The notes: generated by a model not told the origin, from the sequence alone. A DNA stretch of 64,000 nt from Alphaproteobacteria bacterium (GCA_965243135.1 OZ251539.1:576001-640000); one strand, 5' to 3'. Numbered from the stretch's first letter, positions 7,915 through 17,104 are shown. Translations and numbers: made by a program.

Positions 7915-8231
7915 GGTGCGGCAGGGTCAGGGACATCTTCGTCGCCGCGATCGAAGAGGCGGCCCTGAAATACGAGGAGGTCGCCCGCGTTATGGAAGAG
8001 ATCTGCGGATCGCCGCCGGCCGACGTCGCCGACGTGCGGGGCGCGATCAAGCTCATGCGCACGTGCGCGGAAGACATCGACGGCGCGACCGCGGACCGGA
8101 TCGCGGAGTTCTTCCGCGAGGCCGGCTGGCCGGACGCCGCGGGGCCGGACGCCGAAACGCCGCCCCGCGTCGTCCGCATGGCCGACTGGATCGAGGAACG
8201 CACGCCCGACGGCCCGGAGGGCGCGGCGTGA
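7911..8231 (+). CDS. Hypothetical phage protein
   Basis: Natural composition, operon position. Confidence 0.55.
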   Translation: MRCGRVRDIFVAAIEEAALKYEEVARVMEEICGSPPADVADVRGAIKLMRTCAEDIDGATADRIAEFFREAGWPDAAGPDAETPPRVVRMADWIEERTPDGPEGAA

Positions 8232-8271
8232 CCCGGACCCCGGGACGAACGCTCGAAGAGAGGAGACAGGC

Positions 8272-8625
8272 ATGAGCAGCAGCAGCGTCACCACCATGAC
8301 CGTGCGGGGGGAGGTCGTCGAGATCCGGACCGGCGGTTTCCCGCTGCCGGCGGACGCCCCGGCGGCGGGCGGCAACGTCGTCGTCCTCGACACCCCCGCG
8401 ACGCGGGCCTTGCGGCAGGCCGCCCTCGACGCCGCCGGCTTCGCCGGGGATTACGCGAGCGAGGCGGAGGTCGCGATCGAGGACGGGGATCTCGTCCACG
8501 CCCTCGAGTGCCTCCGCTGCGCGCAGACGGTGGCGCAGGAGTACGGCGACGGGACGACCTGGCTCCCCGCCATCCTGACCCTGTCGCGGCTGGTCGACGA
8601 GGCCGGGGCGGAGAGCCATGTCTGA
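8272..8625 (+). CDS. Hypothetical phage protein
   Basis: GAGGAG RBS, acidic composition. Confidence 0.6.
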   Translation: MSSSSVTTMTVRGEVVEIRTGGFPLPADAPAAGGNVVVLDTPATRALRQAALDAAGFAGDYASEAEVAIEDGDLVHALECLRCAQTVAQEYGDGTTWLPAILTLSRLVDEAGAESHV

Positions 8626-8745
8626 CCTGATCGGACGGCTGGCCGCCGGCGGAACGCTGTTCCCGCCGGCGAAGGCGGGGCGGCGGAGGTTCCATCTCCG
8701 CCGCCTCGCGGGATTCATCCGAAACCTCATGAGGAGAAAACGGAC

Positions 8746-9261
8746 ATGAGCACCATGATCGAGATCGAGGAGCTGTGCAAGCGGTACGCCGCGGCCCGGG
8801 ACAAGCTCGACGACACCGTCGAGGGAGTCCGGGAAGAGCAGCGGAAGGCGGCGCGCCAGAAGATGCGCCCGATCAAGCGCCAGGCGGCGGACGTCGCGGC
8901 GGCGCGGGACGCGCTGTTCGCGGCGATCGAGGAATCGCCGGAGCTGTTCGAGAAGCCGCGCACCGTGCCCTTTCACGGCGTCACCGTCGGCTTCCGGAAG
9001 CAGCCGGGCAAGCTGGAGTGCGACGAGGCGCGCTCGATCGCGCTGATCCGGAAGAAACTGCCGGACCGGGCGGAGGGGCTGATCAAGGTCAGCGAGAAGA
9101 TCGTGGCGGCCGCGCTCAGGAAGCTGCCGGCGAAGGACCTCGCGGCGGTCGGCGCCGCCATCGTCGAGCCCGACGACGAGGTCGTGATCAAGGTCGCGCG
9201 GAGCGACCTCGACCGGATCGTCGCGGCCCTGATCGAGGACGCCGGGGAGAACGCGCGATGA
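8746..9261 (+). CDS. gam: Mu Gam-family host-nuclease inhibitor
   Basis: Coiled N-terminus, then PELFEKPRTVPFHGVTVGFRKQPGKL...DEVVIK. Confidence 0.85.
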   Translation: MSTMIEIEELCKRYAAARDKLDDTVEGVREEQRKAARQKMRPIKRQAADVAAARDALFAAIEESPELFEKPRTVPFHGVTVGFRKQPGKLECDEARSIALIRKKLPDRAEGLIKVSEKIVAAALRKLPAKDLAAVGAAIVEPDDEVVIKVARSDLDRIVAALIEDAGENAR

Positions 9262-9527
9262 GCGGCCTCCCCGAACCGGCGTTCGGCGCGAACGCCGCCT
9301 TGCGCGCGCTCGCGGCGGAGATCGACGATCGCCGGGCCGCCGGCTGCGAGGCGCACGCCTCGGAGCGGGCGATCATGGAGCGCGCCCGGCTGGCGGACTG
9401 CGAGCTGCCGGGCGCCATGCGGGCGCTGGAGCGGATGGGCTACGCCCAGCGCTGCTGGATGCCCCGCTCGCAGCTCGTCTGGAAGCTGACGGACCCCGGC
9501 CGCGAGGCCGCGGGGAGGCTGGCGTGA
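9258..9527 (+). CDS. Small wHTH-like protein
   Basis: Coupled. Ends VWKLTDPGR. Confidence 0.55.
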   Translation: MSGLPEPAFGANAALRALAAEIDDRRAAGCEAHASERAIMERARLADCELPGAMRALERMGYAQRCWMPRSQLVWKLTDPGREAAGRLA

Positions 9528-9757
9528 CCCTGCGCCACGACGTCCTCCGCGCCCTGGCCGACGCCGGGGCGGACGGGGAGACCGCGTCGGCCGCCAGCGT
9601 GGCGGGGCGGCTCGACTGCCTCGTCGAGGAGGCGGCGTTCGCGATCGCCGACCTCGTCGGCGAAGGCCTCGCCGAGTGGGCCGGAACCAATCCCGACGGG
9701 CTGGCGGTCTGGGAGCTGACCGAAGCCGGGCGCGCGCACCCGGATGCCCATGGCTGA
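9524..9757 (+). CDS. Small wHTH-like protein
   Basis: Coupled. Ends VWELTEAGR. Confidence 0.55.
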   Translation: MTLRHDVLRALADAGADGETASAASVAGRLDCLVEEAAFAIADLVGEGLAEWAGTNPDGLAVWELTEAGRAHPDAHG

Positions 9758-9990
9758 TGCCCCCCCCCGAGATCGGCGCCGACCGCGCCCGGCGCCTGGG
9801 GGCGCTGGTCGAGGCCGCCGCGGAGCGGCCCGACCTGGTCAAGGGCGACCGCGAGGACGCGTTCCTCGCCGACCTCCATCTCCGGCTGGCGAAGTGGGAA
9901 GGCGGCCTCCGGCTCTCCGATCGCCAGCGGGCCTGGCTCAACGACATCTGGGCCCGGTTCCGCGAGGCCGGCGCCGTCGAGGACGAATGA
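9757..9990 (+). CDS. Hypothetical phage protein
   Basis: REDAFLADL...LSDRQRAWLNDI. Coupled. Confidence 0.55.
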   Translation: MPPPEIGADRARRLGALVEAAAERPDLVKGDREDAFLADLHLRLAKWEGGLRLSDRQRAWLNDIWARFREAGAVEDE

Positions 9991-10448
9991 TGCCCCGGAA
10001 GCACGAATACCACTGGCGCCGCGCGCGCGGCCTCTGCGTCGAGTGCTCGGCCCCGGTCGACGTCGCGCGCTGCCCCGAGTGCAAGCGCCGGGAACGCCTC
10101 CGCGAACGGCGCGCTGGCCGCGCGCGGAGCGCCGCGGGGCGGCCGGGGAGCGTCGCGGCCGCGTCGCCCCGGTTGCCGGAGCGCGAGCGGGACCTGCTCG
10201 TGGAGATCTTCGCCGACGGGTTGGCCGGCAAGAACTTCCGTCCGGGCGGGCGGGAATTCCGGGAGGCGGCGGCGCGGTGGATCCGCGAGATTTCGATGAT
10301 GACGGGACGGCCGGTCGGCGACGACGAGGCCGCCGGCCTGCTCGCGGACAGCGTCCTGCTGGTCCGCGCGGCGCGGTCGGCGCGGAAGGGGGCGTTCGGA
10401 GCGAGTCCGGCCGCGATCCGCGTCGCCAGCATTCTGGTGCGGTTGTGA
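9987..10448 (+). CDS. Hypothetical protein with N-terminal CxxC-CxxC
   Basis: RARGLCVEC...RCPEC. Confidence 0.55.
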   Translation: MMPRKHEYHWRRARGLCVECSAPVDVARCPECKRRERLRERRAGRARSAAGRPGSVAAASPRLPERERDLLVEIFADGLAGKNFRPGGREFREAAARWIREISMMTGRPVGDDEAAGLLADSVLLVRAARSARKGAFGASPAAIRVASILVRL

Positions 10449-10761
10449 GGCGGCGGTCCTTCCCGCCGTTCCGGCATTTCCGGCAGGAGCACCTGCGCGT
10501 CCTGGTGGACCGCCGCGGACGCTTCGTCGCCGTCGTCTGGCGCGCGCGTTTCGAGGAAATCCACGCCCCGCCGAAGCGGTGGCCCGGACAGACGAAGCTG
10601 GAGCTGGACGTCGAGCGCCTGGCCGCGCTCGGCCCCTACCGGCGGTTCCGGGAGACGTGGCGGGTGGGGTCGGCCCGCGGCGCGGGATCCTGCCCCGGCG
10701 CTGGCCGTCGTACGCGGCGGCGGAAGCCTGGGTCGAGGCGCGGTGGAGGCTCGGGCCGTGA
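10445..10761 (+). pseudogene. Probable frameshifted phage gene
   Basis: GTG at 10445 overlaps the upstream stop. Protein-like sequence switches frame near 10680 and ends at a TGA (10761) that overlaps the next start. Confidence 0.35.
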
Positions 10762-11075
10762 CGTGGCAGTGGCAGCCCTGGCGGCTCGGCGAGGACGGGA
10801 CCCCCGCCGCGCCGGAGGCGCCGGTCGATCCCTGGCGCGGCGCCCGCGACGGGCGGCAGGCGAAGTTGATGATCGCGGGGACCAGCTGGATCGGCCTGAT
10901 CCGCCGGGACGGGGGGCGCGGCTGGACATACCGGGCGGAACTGACGTGGCCGGGCGCCGGCGACGGGGAATGGCGCGGCAGCCGCGACGAGGCGGCCGCC
11001 GACCTGAAGGACCTCTTCGCGGCGCACTTGGCGGGGGGCGAAGCTCCCTGCGTCTGCGAGGGGAACGACCGGTGA
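10758..11075 (+). CDS. Trp-rich hypothetical protein
   Basis: Coupled GTGA overlaps. Confidence 0.5.
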   Translation: MTWQWQPWRLGEDGTPAAPEAPVDPWRGARDGRQAKLMIAGTSWIGLIRRDGGRGWTYRAELTWPGAGDGEWRGSRDEAAADLKDLFAAHLAGGEAPCVCEGNDR

Positions 11076-11350
11076 CGCGGGCGCTCCAGCGAGGCGACCG
11101 CGTGACGGTGCGCGGCGGGACGATCGTCCATCCGGGGAAATCGGGGACGGTCGCGGAATCGGGGATCCTCGACGGCGGCGAAGGGCAGCCGTTCGCGACC
11201 GTCGACCTCGATAACGATGGCAGGGCGTGGTTCCTGCACTCCGAATTGAAGCTCGAGGATTCCCCGGACGAGGGCGACGCGCCGGATTGGCGTCTGTCGC
11301 GGCTGGCGCGGCGGGAGCGGTGGCGCCGGGGACTGGGGGCCGGGCGATGA
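11072..11350 (+). CDS. Small SH3/KOW-like protein
   Basis: LQRGDRVTV...GKSGTV...ATVDLD..AWFLHSEL. Confidence 0.55.
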   Translation: MTRALQRGDRVTVRGGTIVHPGKSGTVAESGILDGGEGQPFATVDLDNDGRAWFLHSELKLEDSPDEGDAPDWRLSRLARRERWRRGLGAGR

Positions 11351-11958
11351 AGGCCGTGAACGTCGAACGCAGGGCCGGGATCTTCATCGGGCCGGAGTTC
11401 GGCACCGTGCGTCGCTCCGACATTGTGGCGGCGGCGCGGGAAGCTGCCGGCTACGGCTACGACGTCCTGATCTGTTGCGCCTTTTGCTACAGCGCGGATT
11501 GCGCCGACCTTCCGGACGATCTGCCGTTGCCGGTGATACGGGCCACGTCGGCGGCCAATCTGTTCGTCGCCTTCGGCGAACCGGACATTTCCGTCGAAGA
11601 TGCCGGCGGCGATCTCATCCAGGTTCGGATGAACGGCGTTGACGTCTTCGATCCGCGCTCATGCGAGGTTCGCTCCGACGATCCCGACGGGATCGCCTGT
11701 TGGTTCGTCGATACCGATTATCGCCCCGGCCCGTTCGTGACGCGGCAGGCGTATTTCCCCGGCGCGAGTGTCGACCCCTATCAGGCGCTGAAGAAGACGC
11801 TGAAGGCGGACGTCGATCCGGAGACGTGGGCATCGCTTCGGCGCACGGTATCGCGCCCGTTCCCGCGCCCCGCGTCGGGGCGGATCGCGGTGAAGGCGAT
11901 CAACGCGCTCGGCGACGAGGCGATGAAGGTCGTCAGGGTCGGAGGGACCGGCCAATGA
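11347..11958 (+). CDS. Stand-alone C-terminal domain of a type III-like Mod DNA methyltransferase (no catalytic motifs)
   Basis: IFIGPEFGTV...AAREA, NLFVAFGEPDI, IACWFVDTDY, GRIAVKAINALGDE. No DPPY or FxGxG. Confidence 0.75.
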   Translation: MKAVNVERRAGIFIGPEFGTVRRSDIVAAAREAAGYGYDVLICCAFCYSADCADLPDDLPLPVIRATSAANLFVAFGEPDISVEDAGGDLIQVRMNGVDVFDPRSCEVRSDDPDGIACWFVDTDYRPGPFVTRQAYFPGASVDPYQALKKTLKADVDPETWASLRRTVSRPFPRPASGRIAVKAINALGDEAMKVVRVGGTGQ

Positions 11959-12875
11959 ACGTCGACGAGGCGCGGGAGGGCGCGCAGGCGGAGAACACCC
12001 GGATCGCCTACGAGAAGGGCTGGCGCTGCTTCGCCCGGTGGTGCCGGGGGCGGGACCTGCCGCCGGACGACGCGGCGGCGTCCGACGTCGCCGCGTTCAT
12101 GGTCGCAATGTGGGAGGAAGGACCGTCCGGCCGGCCGCTGGCGCTGAGCACGCTCCAGCTCTACCGCAGCGCCCTGGTCGACCGCTGGCGCCGGCGCGGA
12201 GCGGGACCGTCGCCCGCGTCCGACCGGACGGTGGACGAGGTCCTGCGCGGCCTCGCGCGGAAGCGCAACGACCCCCCGCGGCAAGCGAAGGCGATCCGGG
12301 AGGGGCAACTCCTCGCGATGCTGGAGACCTGCGCGGACGGCGGCCTGCACGCGCTGCGCGACGCGGCGGTCCTGTCGCTGGGCTTCTCGGTGGCGCTCCG
12401 CCGCTCGGAGCTGTGCGCGCTGCGGATCGACGATCTGGAACCGCACGACAGCGGCCTGCGGATCCTGATCCGGCGCTCGAAGACGGACAAGCTTGGGAGG
12501 GGGCAGGCGGTGGCGGTGATCGACGGCGCGGCGATCCGGCCGATCACGCGGCTGAACCGCTGGCTGGAGGCGTCCGGCATCGCGTCCGGCTTCGCCTTCC
12601 AGTCCCTGGCGCGCGGCGGCAAGCCGTCGGGCGCCCCGCTGCATCCGGGGGAGGTCTCCCGGATCGTGAAGCGCCGCGTCGCCAAGCTCGGCTTCGATCC
12701 GCGGCCCTACTCCGGCCACTCCCTGCGCGCCGGGTTCGTGACCTCCGCGGCGGCGCACCACGCGCGGATCGACAAGATCATGGAGGTGACCCGCCACCGG
12801 CGCGCGGACACCGTCCTCCGGTACATCCGCGACGAGGAGAGCTTCGTCGACCACGCCGGGGCGTCGTTCCTGTGA
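11955..12875 (+). CDS. Cre-like tyrosine recombinase
   Basis: AENTRIAY N-terminus, ALRRSEL, RSKTD, SGHSLRAGF, TRHR, RYIR. Confidence 0.9.
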   Translation: MNVDEAREGAQAENTRIAYEKGWRCFARWCRGRDLPPDDAAASDVAAFMVAMWEEGPSGRPLALSTLQLYRSALVDRWRRRGAGPSPASDRTVDEVLRGLARKRNDPPRQAKAIREGQLLAMLETCADGGLHALRDAAVLSLGFSVALRRSELCALRIDDLEPHDSGLRILIRRSKTDKLGRGQAVAVIDGAAIRPITRLNRWLEASGIASGFAFQSLARGGKPSGAPLHPGEVSRIVKRRVAKLGFDPRPYSGHSLRAGFVTSAAAHHARIDKIMEVTRHRRADTVLRYIRDEESFVDHAGASFL

Positions 12876-12889
12876 GCGGGGAGGCGGCG

Positions 12890-13276
12890 ATGACCGATCA
12901 GCTCTCCCTGTTCGACCCGGCCGAGTTCGTCGCCGTCGCGGCGGAAGCCGCGGAGGCGGCTCCGGACGGCAAGCTGATGGAGGTGGACTGGGAGACGCTC
13001 GAGCGGGTGTGCCTGGCCGTCCGGCGGCAGGGACCGGCGACCGACTGGTTCCACACGCAGACCGTCATCAGCGCGCTGGAAGTCCGGGGCGAGCGGTGGG
13101 CCGCCTACGTCCTCGGCGCCGTCCCCCCGGACCGGCGCGGGCACGTGAAGGATCTCTGCTACGTGATGTTCTCGATCTGCGAGAAGCGCCGCATGGCGAA
13201 GGAGGCGCGCGCCTACGCCTCCGTGGTCGAGGCGTGGCCGGAGATGATCTCGCTGATGCCGGAGAGCCTGCGGTGA
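12890..13276 (+). CDS. Hypothetical phage protein
   Basis: GGAGG RBS, MTDQLSLFD... Confidence 0.55.
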   Translation: MTDQLSLFDPAEFVAVAAEAAEAAPDGKLMEVDWETLERVCLAVRRQGPATDWFHTQTVISALEVRGERWAAYVLGAVPPDRRGHVKDLCYVMFSICEKRRMAKEARAYASVVEAWPEMISLMPESLR

Positions 13277-13500
13277 GCGGCGGCGACCGCGGCGAGGCCG
13301 CCGCCGAGCTGGCCCGGCTCGAGGCGGGACTGATGCGCGACCCCGACGCCGGCGGCATGACGGTCGACACGATGTGGACCCGGATCCTCGGGACCTGGCG
13401 GATCAGCTCTTCCCGGAGCGCGAGGTCTCGGGCGAGTGGCTGGCCGCCCTGGACAGGCCGGGACGCCCACGACGACTGGTGGAAGAGGTTCGCGCCATGA
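13273..13500 (+). pseudogene. Frameshifted paralogue of the next gene
   Basis: LFPEREVSGEWLAALDR / RDAHDDWW is split over two frames and resembles LWPDAEITEEWMAALERARDAHLEW of 13497-13799. Confidence 0.45.
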
Positions 13501-13799
13501 AGCGGCACCCCGAAGGCCTGGACCACGAGTTCGAACGCTTTTCGGACGCGTTCCATTTCAGCGTGCGGGCGCACGTCCTGGCCTCCGGCGACTTCGCCGA
13601 CCTGATCCTCGAGGAGGCCGGCAACATGGGCGTGACGCCGGACCGGCTCGGGGAGGCCATCGTCCTGCGCTCGCTGCTCGGGGCGCACTGGAGCGCAGAC
13701 TGGGCGGCGGCGCTGTGGCCGGACGCGGAGATTACCGAGGAGTGGATGGCCGCGCTGGAACGGGCGCGCGACGCGCACCTCGAGTGGGTGGGGGTATGA
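13497..13799 (+). CDS. Hypothetical phage protein
   Basis: ATGA overlap, natural composition. Confidence 0.55.
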   Translation: MKRHPEGLDHEFERFSDAFHFSVRAHVLASGDFADLILEEAGNMGVTPDRLGEAIVLRSLLGAHWSADWAAALWPDAEITEEWMAALERARDAHLEWVGV

Positions 13800-14089
13800 C
13801 CGGCGGCCTCCAGGCGATGATGGTCGCGATCAAGGCCGTCGGGGGCGCGGATCCCGCCTTCCGCGAGGCGTTCGACGCGGCGCTGGACGAGACCCGGCGC
13901 GATCCCGGGACCGCCATGGAGATCACCCCCGACGATTTCCTGCGACTGTTCGCCGCCGACTGCCTGATGCTGCCGATGAACCGGGAGTTGCTGCCCGGTT
14001 TCGAGACGACGCCGCAGCCGCTGGCGGCGCGCCTCCGGCGGCTGCGCAAGCTGTTGCGGGACGCCGCCGCGAAGACGAGGAGAATCTGA
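13796..14089 (+). CDS. Hypothetical phage protein
   Basis: Coupled on both sides. Confidence 0.55.
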   Translation: MTGGLQAMMVAIKAVGGADPAFREAFDAALDETRRDPGTAMEITPDDFLRLFAADCLMLPMNRELLPGFETTPQPLAARLRRLRKLLRDAAAKTRRI

Positions 14090-14922
14090 TGGGCGACAAG
14101 ACCGGAATCGAATGGGCCGAGGCCACCTGGAACCCCGTCGTGGGCTGCCTGGAGGTCAGCGAGGGCTGCAAGCGCTGCTACGCGGCGCGGCTGGCCGCCG
14201 GGCGGCTGCGCCGGCATCCGTCGCGGCGCGGCCTCGCGGAGTTCGGGGCGGACGGCCAGGCGCGGTGGATCGGGGAGGTGCGGTACAACTGGCCGGCGCT
14301 GGACCAGCCCGCCAGATGGCAGCGCTCGCGGCGGATATTCGCCGGCGCCCACACCGACCTCTTCGGGGCGCCGCCCCACGTGGCCGAGAACGTTTTCGCC
14401 GTCATGGCGTTGTGCCGCTGGCACGACTTCCTGGTGCTAACCAAGCGCGCCGAGCAGATGGAGAAGTTCGTCGCCGGCTGCGACGTCCGCCAGTTGCGCG
14501 ACCGGACGCGGACGTGGGGCGGGTACTGGCTCGGCGGCCGGGGGCGGCCGTGGAACACGTTCCCCCTCAGGTGGCCCCTGCCGAACGTCTGGCTGGGCGT
14601 GTCGATCGAGAACCGCGAGCGCGCAGGGCGGCTGGAGGCCCTCAAGCGGACGCCGGCGGCGGTCCGGTTCGTCTCGTTCGAGCCCCTGCTCGGCCCCGTC
14701 GGCCCGGTCGGCCTCGACGGCGTCGACTGGGCGATCGCCGGGGGCGAGAGCGGTCCGGGGGCGCGGCCGATGGAGGCCGAATGGGCGCGGGAGATCCGCG
14801 ACCTGTGCGCCGACGCGGGGGTCGCGTTCTTCTTCAAGCAGTGGGGCGGCGCGCACGCGAAGTCGGGCGGCCGCGAGCTGGACGGCAGGACGTGGGACGA
14901 ATTTCCGGAGGGGAAGCGATGA
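14089..14922 (+). CDS. DUF5131 / phage Gp37-Gp68 family protein
   Basis: TGIEWAEATWNPVVGCLEVSEGCKRCYA, LTKR, RFVSFEPLLG, GGESG, FFFKQWGG. Confidence 0.92.
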   Translation: MGDKTGIEWAEATWNPVVGCLEVSEGCKRCYAARLAAGRLRRHPSRRGLAEFGADGQARWIGEVRYNWPALDQPARWQRSRRIFAGAHTDLFGAPPHVAENVFAVMALCRWHDFLVLTKRAEQMEKFVAGCDVRQLRDRTRTWGGYWLGGRGRPWNTFPLRWPLPNVWLGVSIENRERAGRLEALKRTPAAVRFVSFEPLLGPVGPVGLDGVDWAIAGGESGPGARPMEAEWAREIRDLCADAGVAFFFKQWGGAHAKSGGRELDGRTWDEFPEGKR

Positions 14923-15197
14923 ACAGGTATTCCAAGGGGGAGCGGGTGCGCGTGTACGTGCCCAGGCTCGGACATGTCGACGGGACGGTGATCGGGACGC
15001 CGGGACCGGGGGACCGGTTCTACGCCGTGGAGTTCCCGCTCAACGACGGCGCGGAACTGCGGGCGTTCTACGAATGGGAGCTGCGCCGGTCATGGGCGCG
15101 CGCGATCCGCGAGGCGGCGGCCGCCGCGGCGGCCCCCGCGGCGGCCGGGGCGGCCGGGGCGGCCGCCTGGCTCCTCTTAGAGGCGTTGGCGCCGTGA
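14919..15197 (+). CDS. Small SH3-like protein with hydrophobic tail
   Basis: YSKGERVRV...DGTVIG...FYAVEF...FYEWEL. Confidence 0.5.
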   Translation: MNRYSKGERVRVYVPRLGHVDGTVIGTPGPGDRFYAVEFPLNDGAELRAFYEWELRRSWARAIREAAAAAAAPAAAGAAGAAAWLLLEALAP

Positions 15198-15433
15198 CGC
15201 TCCCGCGCCAGCCCGCGGACCTGCCGCCGGGGCTGTCCGTCCTGTGCTGGGGCGGCCTGTGGCCGCTCCCCGGCCGCATCGTCGGCGTCCGTCCGGGGAC
15301 CGGCGGCCAGAGCTACTACGAGGTCGACTGCGGCAAGGAGGGGACGTTCCTTTTTCACCCGTCCGTGACCTTCGACCGCAACGGGCTGCCGGACGACGCG
15401 GGCCGCTTCGCGCCGTTCGCGGGGACGGGGTGA
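15194..15433 (+). CDS. Small SH3-like protein
   Basis: PGRIVGV...YYEVDC...TFLF. Confidence 0.5.
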   Translation: MTLPRQPADLPPGLSVLCWGGLWPLPGRIVGVRPGTGGQSYYEVDCGKEGTFLFHPSVTFDRNGLPDDAGRFAPFAGTG

Positions 15434-15813
15434 TGGTCGGGCGCGTCGTCACGAAGGCCGGGGATCGCTACCTCCGCGCCGACCTGGCGAGGATGTGCCG
15501 CGAGGCGTGGCGGCATCCGGCCCGGCCGCTGGCCGAGCTGCGGGCGGGCGGGGCGACCGACGCGGAGCTTGCGGCCCAACTCAAGCTCGCGCTGGGAATA
15601 TTGCGCGAATGGGGCTGCCGAGGCTGGCACGTCGCGTCGTCGGGCGGCCGGACGCCGCGCCTGTGGGCGAGCCGGGACGAGGCGCTCCCGTCGAACGACG
15701 ACCGGCACCTGATCGCGAAGGGCGCGGCGCTCCGCGACCTGTTCCGCGACGTCCTGGAGATTCCCCGGACGCAGGACGGGCGGGCGCCGCGCTTCGCGGC
15801 GGGAACGTCGTGA
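15433..15813 (+). CDS. Hypothetical phage protein
   Basis: Coupled on both sides. Confidence 0.5.
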   Translation: MVGRVVTKAGDRYLRADLARMCREAWRHPARPLAELRAGGATDAELAAQLKLALGILREWGCRGWHVASSGGRTPRLWASRDEALPSNDDRHLIAKGAALRDLFRDVLEIPRTQDGRAPRFAAGTS

Positions 15814-16454
15814 CGGCGGGCGCGGCGGCGGCGACGCGGACCCGGCTGATCCGCGCCGTCCACGCGAAGGCGCGGCAGCTCGGGATCTCCGACGAGGACC
15901 GCGAGACGCTGCAGGTGCGCGCCGCCGGCGCGCCGTCGTGCCGCGACATGGACGTCCCGCAGCTCCGCGCCGTCCTGCGCGAGATGGACGCCTGGAAGCG
16001 CCTCCAGTCGCGCCGCGACGAGATCCCGGACGGGCCGGTCGCGGCGAAGCTGCGGGCGCTGTGGATCTCCGGCTGGCACCTCGGCGTCGTCGAAGACCGC
16101 AGCGAGGCGGCGCTGGCCGCGTGGCTGCGCCGCCAGTCCGGCGTCGAGGCGCTCCCCTGGGCGGCGCCGGCGTCCCTCTCCAACTGCGTCGAGGCGCTGA
16201 AGGCGTGGCTGGCGCGCGACGGCGGCGTCGACTGGTCGCCGTACGCGACCGAGGACGGCCCCGCCGAGAACCCGCGCGGCCGCGTCCTCGAAGCGCAGTG
16301 GCGCCGCCTCGCCGCGCTCGGCCGCGTGCGGATCGCGTCGGCCGGAGCGCTCCACGAATGGGCGCGGAAGCGCGGCGTCCCCCACTACCTGTTCGCGGAC
16401 GCCGCGGCGCAGGACCGCCTCGTCCGCGTCCTCGGCGACTGGATCCGGGCGTGA
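15810..16454 (+). CDS. gemA: GemA / Mu gp16 (DUF1018) family regulator
   Basis: LIRAVHAKARQLG, AKLRALWISGWHLGVVEDRSEAAL..W.RRQ, VEALKAW. Confidence 0.85.
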   Translation: MTAGAAAATRTRLIRAVHAKARQLGISDEDRETLQVRAAGAPSCRDMDVPQLRAVLREMDAWKRLQSRRDEIPDGPVAAKLRALWISGWHLGVVEDRSEAALAAWLRRQSGVEALPWAAPASLSNCVEALKAWLARDGGVDWSPYATEDGPAENPRGRVLEAQWRRLAALGRVRIASAGALHEWARKRGVPHYLFADAAAQDRLVRVLGDWIRA

Positions 16455-16738
16455 GACTGACGCGCCGCGAAAAACGGGTGCTCTGGATCGCGGCGGTGGA
16501 GAAGGCCCCCGTGGGGTTCGGTCCGGGCCCCGCCCGGGGCCTCCGCACCGTCCGCTGCGGCGACGACAGGCTGATCGTCGAAGCGAGGGGCGACGCCGGC
16601 GCGTCTCTGGCGCGGAAGGGGCTGCTGGAATGGGACGGAAAATCCCGGACCGGGACCTGGCGGCTGCTGACGCAGGCGGGCCACGAGGCCGCCCGGCCGC
16701 TCGTCGAGGCCTGGCGCGACTGGAGGGACATCCGATGA
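16451..16738 (+). CDS. Small wHTH-like protein
   Basis: SLARKGLLEW...WRLLTQAG. Confidence 0.5.
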   Translation: MRLTRREKRVLWIAAVEKAPVGFGPGPARGLRTVRCGDDRLIVEARGDAGASLARKGLLEWDGKSRTGTWRLLTQAGHEAARPLVEAWRDWRDIR

Positions 16739-17073
16739 CGGAACCTTTGCCCGGCGCGCTCGCCGAAATCGAGGAGCTGATCGGCCGCGACGCGGCGATC
16801 GCGATGGCGCGGTACGTGGGCGGCGGCCGGATATACGTCCCGAAGGGGACGGACACCGCGACGGCCGCCGTGCTCCGCGAGATGCTGGGGCCGGAGAAGG
16901 CCGGAAGGCTGCTCGACAGGTACGCCGGCGACACCCTCGAAATCCCGAAGGCCCGGAAGTTCGTGGTGCCGACGATGGCGGACGCGGGAATGACCCGGCG
17001 GCAGATCGTCGCGGAGACCGGCCTCACGGCGGCGACCGTCCGGCAGTATCTCAGGGGAAGGAATCTCCCCTAA
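16735..17073 (+). CDS. Mor/C-family transcription activator
   Basis: LAEIEELIGRDAA...GGGRIYVPK...YAGDTLEIP plus C-terminal HTH. Last gene before the late region. Confidence 0.8.
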   Translation: MTEPLPGALAEIEELIGRDAAIAMARYVGGGRIYVPKGTDTATAAVLREMLGPEKAGRLLDRYAGDTLEIPKARKFVVPTMADAGMTRRQIVAETGLTAATVRQYLRGRNLP

Positions 17074-17104
17074 CCGGGCGCGCGGCGGCGGCTATCGTCG
17101 CGGC
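17051..17104 (+). promoter_or_regulatory. Putative late promoter (AGGGGA-N7-TCCCCT dyad plus TATCGT)
   Basis: Lies between the activator and the lysis genes. Shares TCTCCCCT(G)AACCG with the minus strand of the 783-808 dyad. Confidence 0.5.

Noticed and set aside
11347-11958. Functional phage DNA methyltransferase
   Set aside because: Lacks SAM-binding and catalytic motifs.
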